Positions 51,225-61,089 of a stretch of 64,000 nt of DNA are shown one piece after another (position 1 is the first letter of the stretch; each line of letters starts with the position of its first letter). The stretch is taken from contig CAZMEZ010000002.1 in the NCBI GenBank assembly GCA_964565425.1, forward strand, positions 13,953 through 77,952, given 5' to 3'. The notes beneath the pieces are model-generated. The model had not been told where the DNA came from. It did not search any database and worked only from the letters and a program-made list of their open reading frames with translations. Source of the DNA: an uncultured Planctomycetia bacterium (GTDB taxonomy: Bacteria; Omnitrophota; Gorgyraeia; Tantalellales; Tantalellaceae). The position numbers and the translations under genes are program-made.

Positions 51225-54200
51225 ATGAATAAGCCCAAAAGATCCCCAATCTTTAAGGCAGTAAGCCTTTTTCTGGTGCTGGCGTTCTCATTATACAATG
51301 TGAGCTTCGCCGTCACGCAGGACAATATCGGCAAACCGGATACGGTCGATGTGACCGGGCCTCTTTCGGTAGAGGACATCGGCATAGCGATCGATTGCGG
51401 GACGATAAAGTCCAGGTTCAACGGTGACGCGGACAAGGTCATCGTTCACATCCAGGACGCGCACTGTAACTACGAAGCGCAGTCCAACATAAACAGGATG
51501 CTGGACCAGATCACTAAGGAATGCGGGATAGGCATCATATCGGTCGAGGGCGCGGAGGGGATCGTCGACACGACATGGTTCAGGGCATTTCCGGACGCCG
51601 AGATACGCAAGGAAGTGGCGACTTACTTCATGAAAAAAGGCGAGATAACGGGCGCCGAATTTTTCTCCATAACCTCCGATTTCCGTGGAACCATCTTCGG
51701 GGCGGAGACCAGGGACTACTACGTGAGGAACCTCAGGGCCTTCACGGACGTCTACCCCTACAAGGAGACCATCGAGAACTACTTCACCAACGTGCGGACG
51801 GTAGCCAACCGGCTGAAATCCGTGGTATATCCCGCTCAGCTCAGGGAACTGGACCAGAAGATAAGGGCTTTCGACGATAAGGATATAGAGCTCAGCGACT
51901 ACGCGGAATACCTGAACAAGATGACGCGGAAATACCGCGTGGACCTCAAGGATTGCGGGAACTTCGATAAGCTCACGCAAACGCTGGAATACGAGAACAA
52001 GATAGACTTCGATACCGTCGACCAGGAAAGGAGCGAATACATAGACGTTATCAGCAAGAAGCTGTCCAAGGAGGACATGACGGAACTGGTGACGCAGAGT
52101 ATCAGGTTCAAGAAGGGTCACATAAAAGCCGTTGACTTTTATTCCTATCTCAGGGACCTCGCGAAGGATAACAGCGTCGATATGGTCCATGAATACCCGA
52201 ACCTCTTCTATTACTATATTTACACCAAGCTTTACGACGGGATCGACAACGAGGGACTTTTCAGGGAGATAGACCTTGCGGAGATCCGCTTAAAGGACAA
52301 ACTCTTCAAGGACGAGACGCAGAGGAAACTGGATAAGTATTCCCGCATGGTCGACATGTTCGTCGACCTCACTAACATAGAGCTTACGAACGAGGATTAC
52401 GACACTTTCAAGGGTTATTCCAAGGAATTCTCTCTCGAGGACACGCTGGAGTTCTTCAAGGGGCTGGTCGACAAGTATAACCTGAACTACGCTATCGACG
52501 GACTTCCTGTCCAGATCGGCGAGAACATCCCCAAAATGGTGGATTTTTACGAGATCGCCATAAAGAGGGACAATGCCCTGATAGACAACACGCTGGATCA
52601 GATGAAGAAAGAGAAACAGGACAGGTGCGTCCTTATAGCCGGCGGTTTTCACACCAGGGGCATAAAGGACATACTCGAGAAGAAAGGCGTTTCTTACGTG
52701 GTCGTCACGCCGAAGATAACGAAGAACGTGGACACCCCGTATATCAAGGTGTTGACCAACCAGAGGACGTCGCTCGAGGACATAATCACCGAAAGCGCGG
52801 TCGTCCCCGGTATAGGGATAACCGCTTCGCGCGAGGAGATAGTCCGGCCGAAAGGCGACATGCTGAGCCCGCTCGCGAGGGTGGCGTACACGATACCCAT
52901 GTATCTCAACAAGCCCGGGGACCTGAAGGAACTTTCCGACGCGGTGGGCGCGGTTCAGGGGAGATCCCTCGAGGACGCCGCGGTGGAGTCTTACAAGGAA
53001 ATGATAGCCGCTCTCGTAAGGGGCTGGCTCATGAAGGTAAGAGAGAACGCCGCCCCGGAGGTATGGGCGACGGCCATAGAGAACTGGCATCTCCTTCTGG
53101 GCGCGTATCTCAAGAAATACGAGGAAGAAGCCGCGAAACAGGGCGTCCAGGTCATAGAAGGGCTCCGCGTGCCGGCGGCGATGCTTACGGCGGAACAGGC
53201 GGCGGCGGTAAGCCAGGAGTTCAGGGCTATATTCGAGGAGGAGGTCAAGAGAAGCAAGACCCCCGGCGCCGAAGCCATAAGGCTGGACGACAAGAACGAT
53301 CTTTATGAATCGCTTACGCCCGAGGAGGCCGCGGCGCTCGATGAGGTAATAGCGGGGATAATGTCGAAGATAGATACTACCCGCGAAAGCCGTTTGGCCC
53401 ACACGACGGAGATAATGGTCGAAAACGTCGACGCAAATACGGGCAAGACCGTTAAAAAAGCCATGGAAGTCTGGAAACTCCCGGGCTTCAGGGAAGCCAT
53501 AGAGAAATATAATGCCGCGCACGAAGCGCGGATACCGCTTGATGTGCGAGTGCACCCGGGCACCGGCAGGGGGACCTGGACGCGCATGTACATCGACGAG
53601 AGGGATTTCGCGGCGCTGGACGAAACGCAGGCGCAACGCTTGGCAAATCACGAATATTATCATATACTAAACCCTGATAAGAGCGAGAAGGACGCGATCG
53701 ATGTCCAAAAGGACGACCTCATGGACGTGCGTCTCGCTTTCATAGAAGCGGAAAAAGAAAGACTGAGACTCAAGGCCGAAGAGGAGAAGAGAGTGAAGGA
53801 AGCGCTTCTCACCAATTCGAAAGCTATGGCGGAAGCCGCCGACAAGGGCGTAGGTCCCGACATCGTCATGATCGTAAGCTCCACCGACGAGCAGGCCGAT
53901 TTCTGGCAGAAACGCCTTACCGGCAAGGATGCCGTTCACGGCTCGGGCGAGATCGTGAAGACCGGCGCCGTCGTTCTTTCCGTGCCGGAATCCAACTGGA
54001 AGGGCGGGGCCGGGAACGGTCTGGGGACGCTGAACGGTTTTGTCCAGGCCGCGAGAAAAGCGCGCGACCTGAAACTTATAGATGTCCCGGACGACGCCCC
54101 GATAGAGGAACTTATAAGGGTTTTCATGTTTTATATCAGGGGCAAGAGCTCCTTCATGTTCCACACGGCGGGTAAAGGCACGCGCACCGCGCCGCTTCCC

Positions 54201-57200
54201 GGGGCGGAAGTTAACTCAAAACCCAACATCAAACTTCCCAAGATGGTCGAGGTGGAAGGGAAACGGCAACCGGTCACCATCCTTGAATCGGTCCTAATGG
54301 AGACGAGCATATACGCTCCTTCAAGGAAGAACCGCCTGAGCGTTTTCTGGGGCGACCAGGTGATAGTAAACGAGGAGAACATAGATTTCGGGAAAAGGCA
54401 TCACGTGGAGATATTCGGGCAGAAGGTGCCGCTGGACAGGGAGATCGAGGCGTACGGTGTCCTTATCCCCGGCGAAGAAGGCGATTGCAAACAGAGGGAG
54501 AAACTCGCGCTTGACGACGTGAAGAAGGTGCTTCCCGCCGGCAGCGATGAAGTATACAAGAGCATAGGTTCTTTCACCGTTTCACTCGGTTTCCTGAACG
54601 CTTTGATGAGCATGAAAGAGCACATGGAAGCGCTCAAGAAAGCCGAAGGCAGCCTCAATACCGACCCGGACTGGTGGCAGCCGCTTACCTCTGCGCGTAA
54701 CGAATATATCGAGATGCAGGGCAAGAAAGGCGTCGACGCGAAAAAGGCCGGGGCCCAGTGGGACAGGATGAACAAGTTCTGGGAAGATTTCGAAGGCAGC
54801 GGCGAATACCTGGGAGAGGCCCTGGACCGCAAGATAGGGTTCAACGACGTAGGCCCCAATTCCTACTGGTGGGATTACGGCCAGAATAAATTCTACCTCA
54901 GGAACATGCAGATACTGACCGAGGATTCCATGGAAGGCGAGGCCGCCAGGAACTTCTTCGGCGTCGAGGAAGGCAAGTGGGTGGACGCCTCTTCCGATAC
55001 CGGTGAAGCCGTCATCGAGAACTCGATAGTCCAGAACTCCGCCATAAAGAAGGGGAGCCTCAAGAACTGCGTCGTTATAGACTGCACGCTGGACGAGGTC
55101 TACGCGGAGAACGCCGTTATCATAGGTAGTACTATATTAAAACTTAACGCGGACGGGGCTTTGTGCTACAATGTCGTGGACCATGACGTAAGCCTCCGCG
55201 AAGGTCAGCTTCTTGCGAACATATTCCATCCCGAGCTCGGTCGCTTCGCCATGCGCACCGACACGACCAGGGACGGCCAGACCGATTGGAACGGTAAGGT
55301 ATACGTGTATGATAACCAGTACACCTATCCCCAGGTTTCCGATCTGATGAAGGGCGTCAAGATGGAGGATGTCGAGCAGGCCAGGCAAAACGCGGTAGCG
55401 AATCTCAGGACGACCGACCGCATGAGCGGCGCGGAACTCGCGCAGAGATTAAGCGATGCCAGGGGCATCAGCATCGAGTCGGCGCGCGAGCTTGTGGCCC
55501 GCAGGATGCTTGTATTCGGGGACATCCAGTATTTTTACGACACCACTTATATGGATACATTCGGCGTATCAAAAGACAAGGCAGAACAGGAAGTCGACGA
55601 GGTCGGAATGGCCGGGAAGGGCGTGACGCAGGTTGAGTATAACACTTCGCTTAACGCGGACAACATGGCCGGCCTGGTTGCCAGGCTGGAATCCGCCGGC
55701 GTCCTTAATGCCGTGCGGAAAAAGCAGCTTATCGCGGCTTTGACCTACCGGAAGGTGGAAGACGTGACCGACGAAGACCTCCAGAAATACGTTCGCGCGT
55801 CGGATCTCACCGATCTTAATTTCCTTTTTGACGTTCTTAAGGAGACCGACGCCCTGTACGGGATAGATCTCGCTGAGCTCGGTATAGCCGAAAAGACTCA
55901 AATGGTGGACGTGAGCTTGCCGGAACAAGCCAGGGAAGAAGTCCTGAAGAAGTCTCTTAAAGAAGGCCTCAGGTTCGGTACAAGCGGCCTCAGAGATTTC
56001 GTAGAGAACATGCCCGACGTCGAAGTTTATATCAACACGCGCGGTTTTGTTAAATTCCTCAAGGAAAGAGGCGAGATCGACGGGAAGAACAACGTGATCG
56101 GCCTTGCCGGCGACCTCAGGGCGAGTACGCCCAGGATAATAGCGGCCGTCGCGAAGGCCATAGAGGACGAGGGTTGCAGGGTGGATTTCCAGGGGCTTGT
56201 CCCCAGCCCGACGATCGCGTACTATGCGATGCAGAAAGACATGCCCAGCATCATGGTCACCGGCAGCCACATACCCGAGGTCATGAACGGCATAAAGTTC
56301 ACCAGGAAAAGCGGTGAGGTGCTTAAGAGCGACGAGGACCCGATAAACGAACATGTTAAGGAAGCAAGGGCCGAAGAGTACGCCAAAAACTGGGATAAAT
56401 CCCTTTTCAACGGGCGCGGCATGTTCAACGTCAAACGTCCGGCTCCGGGAGCGAAGGCGGACGCGGAAACGGTTTACGTGCAAAGATATCTCGATGTTTT
56501 TCCGAAAGACGCCCTTAAGGGCAAGAAGGTGGTTTTCTACCAGCACAAGGCTGTAGGAAGAGATATAACCGCGGGAGTGTTCGCCGCGCTCGGCGCGACG
56601 GTCATTATAGAAGGAAGAAGCGAAAAGTTCGTCCCGATAGATACGGAAAAGGTCCCGGATTCCACGAGGGCCCTTTTCAGGGAATGGGCGAAAAAGCACG
56701 ATCCCGATCTTATCATATTCACCGACGGCGATTCGGACAGGCCGGGGCTGGTGGACGAGACCGGTGAATACCTTACCGGCGACTGTCTCGGCGCTCTTGT
56801 ATCGATGTACCTGAAGCCGCAGGCCGTGGGCCTTCCGGTGAGCGCCAATGATGCGGTGGTCGAAGCCCTTAAGGCGTCGGGGATAAAGGTTACTCCTACA
56901 AGGATAGGTTCACCGTATGTTATCGCGGCGATGAACGGTTATCTTGCCGCCGATCCGGACATGAAGGTCGCGGGCTGGGAATCGAACGGAGGGTATCTCC
57001 TGGGGAGCGACTGGACTATAAACGGAAAAACGCTCAAGGCGTTACCGACGAGAGACGCCATCCTGCCGCTGCTGGTAACGGCTATCTTCGCCAAGGAGCA
57101 GGGCGTGAAGATGTCGGAGCTCATAGCGTCCAGATTGCCGGCAAGATACGTCGTTTCGGACGCGGTCAACAACAAGATGGAAGGATGCGAGGCCTATACT

Positions 57201-59897
57201 CCCGATATGGGAAAGAGAATAGTCAAGGCCTATACGCCCGAAGGGACGAACGTGGTCCAGGTCGAGTACAGGATGGGGCCGGACGAGCGCACGCCGCTCT
57301 ATTATGTGTTGCGCGAAGACGGGACCGAAGGCGTAGCGTCACCGGATATGGCCGTAAAACTTGAGAATATAAGACAGCAGCTCGCGGCATATTTTCCGCC
57401 CGACAGAGGGCTTGGAGAGATAACCTACATAAATTTCATGGACGGTATAAAGATGCGTTTCGCGAGCGAAGACGGCATACATATAAGGCCGTCGGGCAAC
57501 GAGCCGATCATGAGGTTCTATGTCCAGTCTCCCAGACCGGAACGCGCCAAGAGTATAGTGGACGCCAAACTCGATTATATGCGTCCCTTGATCAGAGATT
57601 TCTCCGCTCCGGCGACGCCGGGCATGCAGGCGGTAAGGGTGGATACCGAGATGGGCAAGGCCATAGCCGCGCTCGATCAGGCGATAAAGGAAGGGAAACC
57701 CGTCCATTTCGTCCCGTCTTTCAGGACCGGAAAGGACGGCTACACGTGGGGGCAGGACGTGAGGGACAATTTCATCCTTGGGCTCATGGGCGCCAAGACC
57801 GCCGAAGAGAGGATAGCGCTTGCCGAGAAATACGGTATACCCGCGAACGAGGTCATCGGCGAAAGATGGATAACCTCGGGGCTCGTCGAGGCCGAAGGCA
57901 AACAACTGCCTAACCGGATCCTGGCCCTCTGGCCGGAACAGGTGCCGGGAAGCAAGATAACGGCTAAGGCCCTTACGTCGGGCAGGCCGCTGTCGCTCCA
58001 GTACCACAGGTTTCCAGAGATGATCGTCCCGCTCGAGGACGGCTATGCTTACCTGGGACTTAACAAGGACGTCACGCCCCAGCAGTTCATGGATAATCTC
58101 CGAAAAGGGGACGTCAGCATGTTCAACAGGGTGGAGCTCAGGAAGGGCCGGCCCGTTATCGTCCCGCCTTACATGATACACGCCTACGGCATCGTGAGGG
58201 TATACGAGGTAAAAGCCGTGACGGCTGCCGAAGACAAGGCCGGGACCATATCTTTTTACGACAGGTTGCGCCTTGATCCCGCGCAGCAGGCGGAAGTTGC
58301 TAAGATAGTCGAGGATAATACACCGGATGAAGCTGCCCGGATATTGGTAGCAAAAGGCATCGTACGGCCCAAAAAGGACGTACTTACGCTGCCTGCCGAG
58401 ACCACCCAGGCGATAGCGGCCGAACTCGAGAGGGCCGGGGCGCTTAACAGGTCCGATCTTTCGGTGGCGTATTTCACGCCGGTTGTCGTGACGGAACAGC
58501 CCGGCGTTAAATACGAAATAATGGGCCAGGCGCCGGGTTTTGTTACCGGAAGATATACCCTTGATGAGGCGAAGACCATGCGGGTGGCCCCGGCGATACA
58601 GGGCAAACAGCATTCCGTGTTCGTTACCGAGGGCACGGTAAGGATACTTAACGATAAGGGAGAAGAGATCGACGTCCTCACGCAGGGCGAAGAAAGGATG
58701 TTCCCTACCAGCGTGGGTACATACAGCATAACGGCCGTTGAGGGTTCGGCGGCGGTCTATACGCAGTATACCCCGGAGACCCCGACAAGGGCCACGCCGA
58801 TCCAGATGGAGACCGGCGAACGCACGATAGCAGATCTGGCGGAAAGCGTGCCTTCTTACGTGGCCACGGGCGTGGTAACGCCCGAGGATGCCATGACGGA
58901 CGTGGTAGAGGTGAATACCGCCGTCAGGTTCGACGTCCTGCCCGTCCAGGACGGGCGCGATTTCGTCGTGGATGTCGTAGCCGGGAGCATATCACTCATA
59001 GCGGACGGAGAAAGGCTTGCCGTTTACGAAAAAGGCGATACGCTGCTGGTAAGCGAGGATAATATCATCGACAATAAGGGGCGGATAATCGACCGTCTCG
59101 AGCTCGGTAAATACGAACTGGTAAAAGAGGGGACGGTGCCGGCAACGGTCGAGGTGAGATACCCCAAGACCGAGGCGGAAAAGATAGTATATACCGTCTA
59201 TGACATGCTCAAGAAACACATCGACGAGATAAAAGCCGGGCAGGTCGATCTTATACTGCCGGACGAGATGTTCGTCCCCGGCGGAAAGAACAGCGTAGGG
59301 TCCGCGCTCTGGGAACAGGAACAGCTTAGAAGGTACGTAAGCGACAAGATAAGGATAAGCACTTACAGCTCGCATATGGGCCTCAAGGAAGCCGCCAAGA
59401 AGAGCCTGAATAAAGGCGCGGTAGGCATTCTCGTGGCCACGGAGTCCAACATCAAGGATGCCGACAGGGATGATCCCGAGCTCAGGGACTTCCTGCAGGG
59501 CAGGAAAGGGACCCTGAGGACCCTTGCCATACCGGACCTGGACGATCTCGGGGAAAAAGGGTGGTATTTCAACCGCGAAGTCGAAGGTACGGCACTGCTC
59601 CTCGCGAGCGTTACGCCGGAGCAGATAAAGGTCGAAGGCGAGGACAACGCCGCCGATGACCTGCAGCGCCTCATGTCGCAGCTTGTGGGTAAGCCGGTCC
59701 CGAGGCAGTATCTTTATTACATGCTGTCGTACGACGAGATAGGCGACATGTTGACCAAGCTTCCCGCGGAACTCCAGGAAGATCCGTACGGCTGGCTGCG
59801 TTTTGTGGTGCAGAATCTGCTCCTCAAGATGCCGATCAAGCCGTTCGACGCCACAGAACAGCTCCACCAGAGAAGGAAGATCATGTGGTCGGTATAA
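51225..59897 (+). CDS. Giant protein ORF3 (~2,890 aa): signal peptide, TraB/TIKI-like N-domain, zincin, sugar-1-P nucleotidyltransferase with beta-helix, phosphomanno/glucomutase, type I phosphomannose-isomerase-like cupin and C-terminal domain
   Basis: The ATG at 51225 follows the RBS AAGGAGA and gives a signal peptide (MNKPKRSPIFKAVSLFLVLAFSLYNVSFA), so it is preferred over GTG 51171. Motifs: AGKGTR..PL....SKP, WGDQ, WDYG; FGTSGLR, TGSHIP, DGDSDR, GWESNGG, RPSGNEP; LSLQYH, HAYG. Confidence 0.93.
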   Translation: MNKPKRSPIFKAVSLFLVLAFSLYNVSFAVTQDNIGKPDTVDVTGPLSVEDIGIAIDCGTIKSRFNGDADKVIVHIQDAHCNYEAQSNINRMLDQITKECGIGIISVEGAEGIVDTTWFRAFPDAEIRKEVATYFMKKGEITGAEFFSITSDFRGTIFGAETRDYYVRNLRAFTDVYPYKETIENYFTNVRTVANRLKSVVYPAQLRELDQKIRAFDDKDIELSDYAEYLNKMTRKYRVDLKDCGNFDKLTQTLEYENKIDFDTVDQERSEYIDVISKKLSKEDMTELVTQSIRFKKGHIKAVDFYSYLRDLAKDNSVDMVHEYPNLFYYYIYTKLYDGIDNEGLFREIDLAEIRLKDKLFKDETQRKLDKYSRMVDMFVDLTNIELTNEDYDTFKGYSKEFSLEDTLEFFKGLVDKYNLNYAIDGLPVQIGENIPKMVDFYEIAIKRDNALIDNTLDQMKKEKQDRCVLIAGGFHTRGIKDILEKKGVSYVVVTPKITKNVDTPYIKVLTNQRTSLEDIITESAVVPGIGITASREEIVRPKGDMLSPLARVAYTIPMYLNKPGDLKELSDAVGAVQGRSLEDAAVESYKEMIAALVRGWLMKVRENAAPEVWATAIENWHLLLGAYLKKYEEEAAKQGVQVIEGLRVPAAMLTAEQAAAVSQEFRAIFEEEVKRSKTPGAEAIRLDDKNDLYESLTPEEAAALDEVIAGIMSKIDTTRESRLAHTTEIMVENVDANTGKTVKKAMEVWKLPGFREAIEKYNAAHEARIPLDVRVHPGTGRGTWTRMYIDERDFAALDETQAQRLANHEYYHILNPDKSEKDAIDVQKDDLMDVRLAFIEAEKERLRLKAEEEKRVKEALLTNSKAMAEAADKGVGPDIVMIVSSTDEQADFWQKRLTGKDAVHGSGEIVKTGAVVLSVPESNWKGGAGNGLGTLNGFVQAARKARDLKLIDVPDDAPIEELIRVFMFYIRGKSSFMFHTAGKGTRTAPLPGAEVNSKPNIKLPKMVEVEGKRQPVTILESVLMETSIYAPSRKNRLSVFWGDQVIVNEENIDFGKRHHVEIFGQKVPLDREIEAYGVLIPGEEGDCKQREKLALDDVKKVLPAGSDEVYKSIGSFTVSLGFLNALMSMKEHMEALKKAEGSLNTDPDWWQPLTSARNEYIEMQGKKGVDAKKAGAQWDRMNKFWEDFEGSGEYLGEALDRKIGFNDVGPNSYWWDYGQNKFYLRNMQILTEDSMEGEAARNFFGVEEGKWVDASSDTGEAVIENSIVQNSAIKKGSLKNCVVIDCTLDEVYAENAVIIGSTILKLNADGALCYNVVDHDVSLREGQLLANIFHPELGRFAMRTDTTRDGQTDWNGKVYVYDNQYTYPQVSDLMKGVKMEDVEQARQNAVANLRTTDRMSGAELAQRLSDARGISIESARELVARRMLVFGDIQYFYDTTYMDTFGVSKDKAEQEVDEVGMAGKGVTQVEYNTSLNADNMAGLVARLESAGVLNAVRKKQLIAALTYRKVEDVTDEDLQKYVRASDLTDLNFLFDVLKETDALYGIDLAELGIAEKTQMVDVSLPEQAREEVLKKSLKEGLRFGTSGLRDFVENMPDVEVYINTRGFVKFLKERGEIDGKNNVIGLAGDLRASTPRIIAAVAKAIEDEGCRVDFQGLVPSPTIAYYAMQKDMPSIMVTGSHIPEVMNGIKFTRKSGEVLKSDEDPINEHVKEARAEEYAKNWDKSLFNGRGMFNVKRPAPGAKADAETVYVQRYLDVFPKDALKGKKVVFYQHKAVGRDITAGVFAALGATVIIEGRSEKFVPIDTEKVPDSTRALFREWAKKHDPDLIIFTDGDSDRPGLVDETGEYLTGDCLGALVSMYLKPQAVGLPVSANDAVVEALKASGIKVTPTRIGSPYVIAAMNGYLAADPDMKVAGWESNGGYLLGSDWTINGKTLKALPTRDAILPLLVTAIFAKEQGVKMSELIASRLPARYVVSDAVNNKMEGCEAYTPDMGKRIVKAYTPEGTNVVQVEYRMGPDERTPLYYVLREDGTEGVASPDMAVKLENIRQQLAAYFPPDRGLGEITYINFMDGIKMRFASEDGIHIRPSGNEPIMRFYVQSPRPERAKSIVDAKLDYMRPLIRDFSAPATPGMQAVRVDTEMGKAIAALDQAIKEGKPVHFVPSFRTGKDGYTWGQDVRDNFILGLMGAKTAEERIALAEKYGIPANEVIGERWITSGLVEAEGKQLPNRILALWPEQVPGSKITAKALTSGRPLSLQYHRFPEMIVPLEDGYAYLGLNKDVTPQQFMDNLRKGDVSMFNRVELRKGRPVIVPPYMIHAYGIVRVYEVKAVTAAEDKAGTISFYDRLRLDPAQQAEVAKIVEDNTPDEAARILVAKGIVRPKKDVLTLPAETTQAIAAELERAGALNRSDLSVAYFTPVVVTEQPGVKYEIMGQAPGFVTGRYTLDEAKTMRVAPAIQGKQHSVFVTEGTVRILNDKGEEIDVLTQGEERMFPTSVGTYSITAVEGSAAVYTQYTPETPTRATPIQMETGERTIADLAESVPSYVATGVVTPEDAMTDVVEVNTAVRFDVLPVQDGRDFVVDVVAGSISLIADGERLAVYEKGDTLLVSEDNIIDNKGRIIDRLELGKYELVKEGTVPATVEVRYPKTEAEKIVYTVYDMLKKHIDEIKAGQVDLILPDEMFVPGGKNSVGSALWEQEQLRRYVSDKIRISTYSSHMGLKEAAKKSLNKGAVGILVATESNIKDADRDDPELRDFLQGRKGTLRTLAIPDLDDLGEKGWYFNREVEGTALLLASVTPEQIKVEGEDNAADDLQRLMSQLVGKPVPRQYLYYMLSYDEIGDMLTKLPAELQEDPYGWLRFVVQNLLLKMPIKPFDATEQLHQRRKIMWSV

Positions 59898-59932
59898 TCC
59901 GCGGTACAGGCAAGAAGCAGATATTCAAAGAG

Positions 59933-59968
59933 AAGGCAGGCCACTTAAAAAAGCCTGCCTTTTCCTTT
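59933..59968 (+). terminator. Probable Rho-independent terminator after ORF3
   Basis: aaggcaggc/gcctgcctt stem followed by a T-rich tail. Confidence 0.65.
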
Positions 59969-60048
59969 ATATCAGGGCTATATAAAACTTTTATATAATG
60001 GTATTTACGTTAATATAAAAGTTCGTTAAAACGTTATATTACATATAG

Positions 60049-60077
60049 TTGACAGAACAGTTGAATTTTTGTAAAAT
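60049..60077 (+). promoter_or_regulatory. Sigma70-type promoter for the sugar ABC cluster
   Basis: TTGACA-17 nt-TAAAAT within an AT-rich intergenic region. Confidence 0.7.
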
Positions 60078-60131
60078 AAGTTCTCCTGCCTAAGGGATTT
60101 CAGGCTTTCGGTTGAATCATTAAGGTGGTTA

Positions 60132-61040
60132 ATGGAACAGGAATCGTTTTTACAGAAACTTAATAAACAGAAGATCTCCTATCTTTTTATAGCATTACCG
60201 GCGATACTCTTCTTTACATTCCAGCTCGCCCCTGTTTTCATATCCTTTTTATGGTCCTTTACCGAATACGACGTCGTGCACGCGCCCCGGTTCGTAGGGC
60301 TTGCCAATTACAGGAACATACTGACGGGCGACCCGCTTTTCTGGAAGGCCATGAGGAACACGGTATTGTATGTGCTGGGAGTGGTCCCGGTGAGCGTATG
60401 CCTTTCGCTCCTGCTGGCCGTCGCCATAGACCAGAAGATAAAGTTCAGGAATTTCTTTAAATCCATATTTTTCCTGCCCACGGTAACCGCCATAGTGGCC
60501 GTATCGGTCATATGGAAGTGGTTATACGCGGGAGAAAAGTACGGCCTTTTGAACTATTTTCTCCTAAAACTGGGGTTTCGGCCCGTAGACTGGCTTGCGA
60601 GCCCTACATGGACATTGCCTTCAATAATGATAATGTCCATATGGGCCGGGATCGGCTATAACATGATACTTTTTTTAGCGGGATTACAGACCATCCCGCA
60701 TGTCATGTATGAGGTGGCCGAGATAGACGGGGCAGGGTTCTGGACCAAATTTTTCAAAGTGACACTGCCGCTCCTCAAACCCATTATAGTATTCGTCAGT
60801 TTGATGAGCTTCATATTCAGTTTTCAGGTATTCGAACAGGTGTACATAATGACGGGCGATCAGGGCTCAATAGGCGGCGTCTTGAGTTGCGCCCTCACTA
60901 TAGTAGCTTACCTTTACGATAAAGGTTTCCAGAAGTTCCAGATGGGATACGCCTCGGCGCTGGCTTATATCATCTTCTCGCTCATATTCATACTTACGAT
61001 GATAAATAAGCGTCTTATGAGAGCTAACGTGGAGTATTGA
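60132..61040 (+). CDS. Carbohydrate ABC transporter permease (MalF/UgpA-type, CUT1)
   Basis: FVGLANY, EAA-like loop YEVAEIDGA...KFFKVTLPLLKP, GYASA, multiple TM helices, RBS aaggtgg. Confidence 0.95.
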   Translation: MEQESFLQKLNKQKISYLFIALPAILFFTFQLAPVFISFLWSFTEYDVVHAPRFVGLANYRNILTGDPLFWKAMRNTVLYVLGVVPVSVCLSLLLAVAIDQKIKFRNFFKSIFFLPTVTAIVAVSVIWKWLYAGEKYGLLNYFLLKLGFRPVDWLASPTWTLPSIMIMSIWAGIGYNMILFLAGLQTIPHVMYEVAEIDGAGFWTKFFKVTLPLLKPIIVFVSLMSFIFSFQVFEQVYIMTGDQGSIGGVLSCALTIVAYLYDKGFQKFQMGYASALAYIIFSLIFILTMINKRLMRANVEY

Positions 61041-61043
61041 TAC

Positions 61044-61078
61044 AGCTGTAAGCTTTAAGCTGTAAGCTTTGAGATGTA
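61044..61078. repeat. Degenerate heptamer tandem repeat between the permease genes
   Basis: agctgta agcttta agctgta agctttg agatgta. Confidence 0.7.
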
Positions 61079-61089
61079 AGTCAAATATC

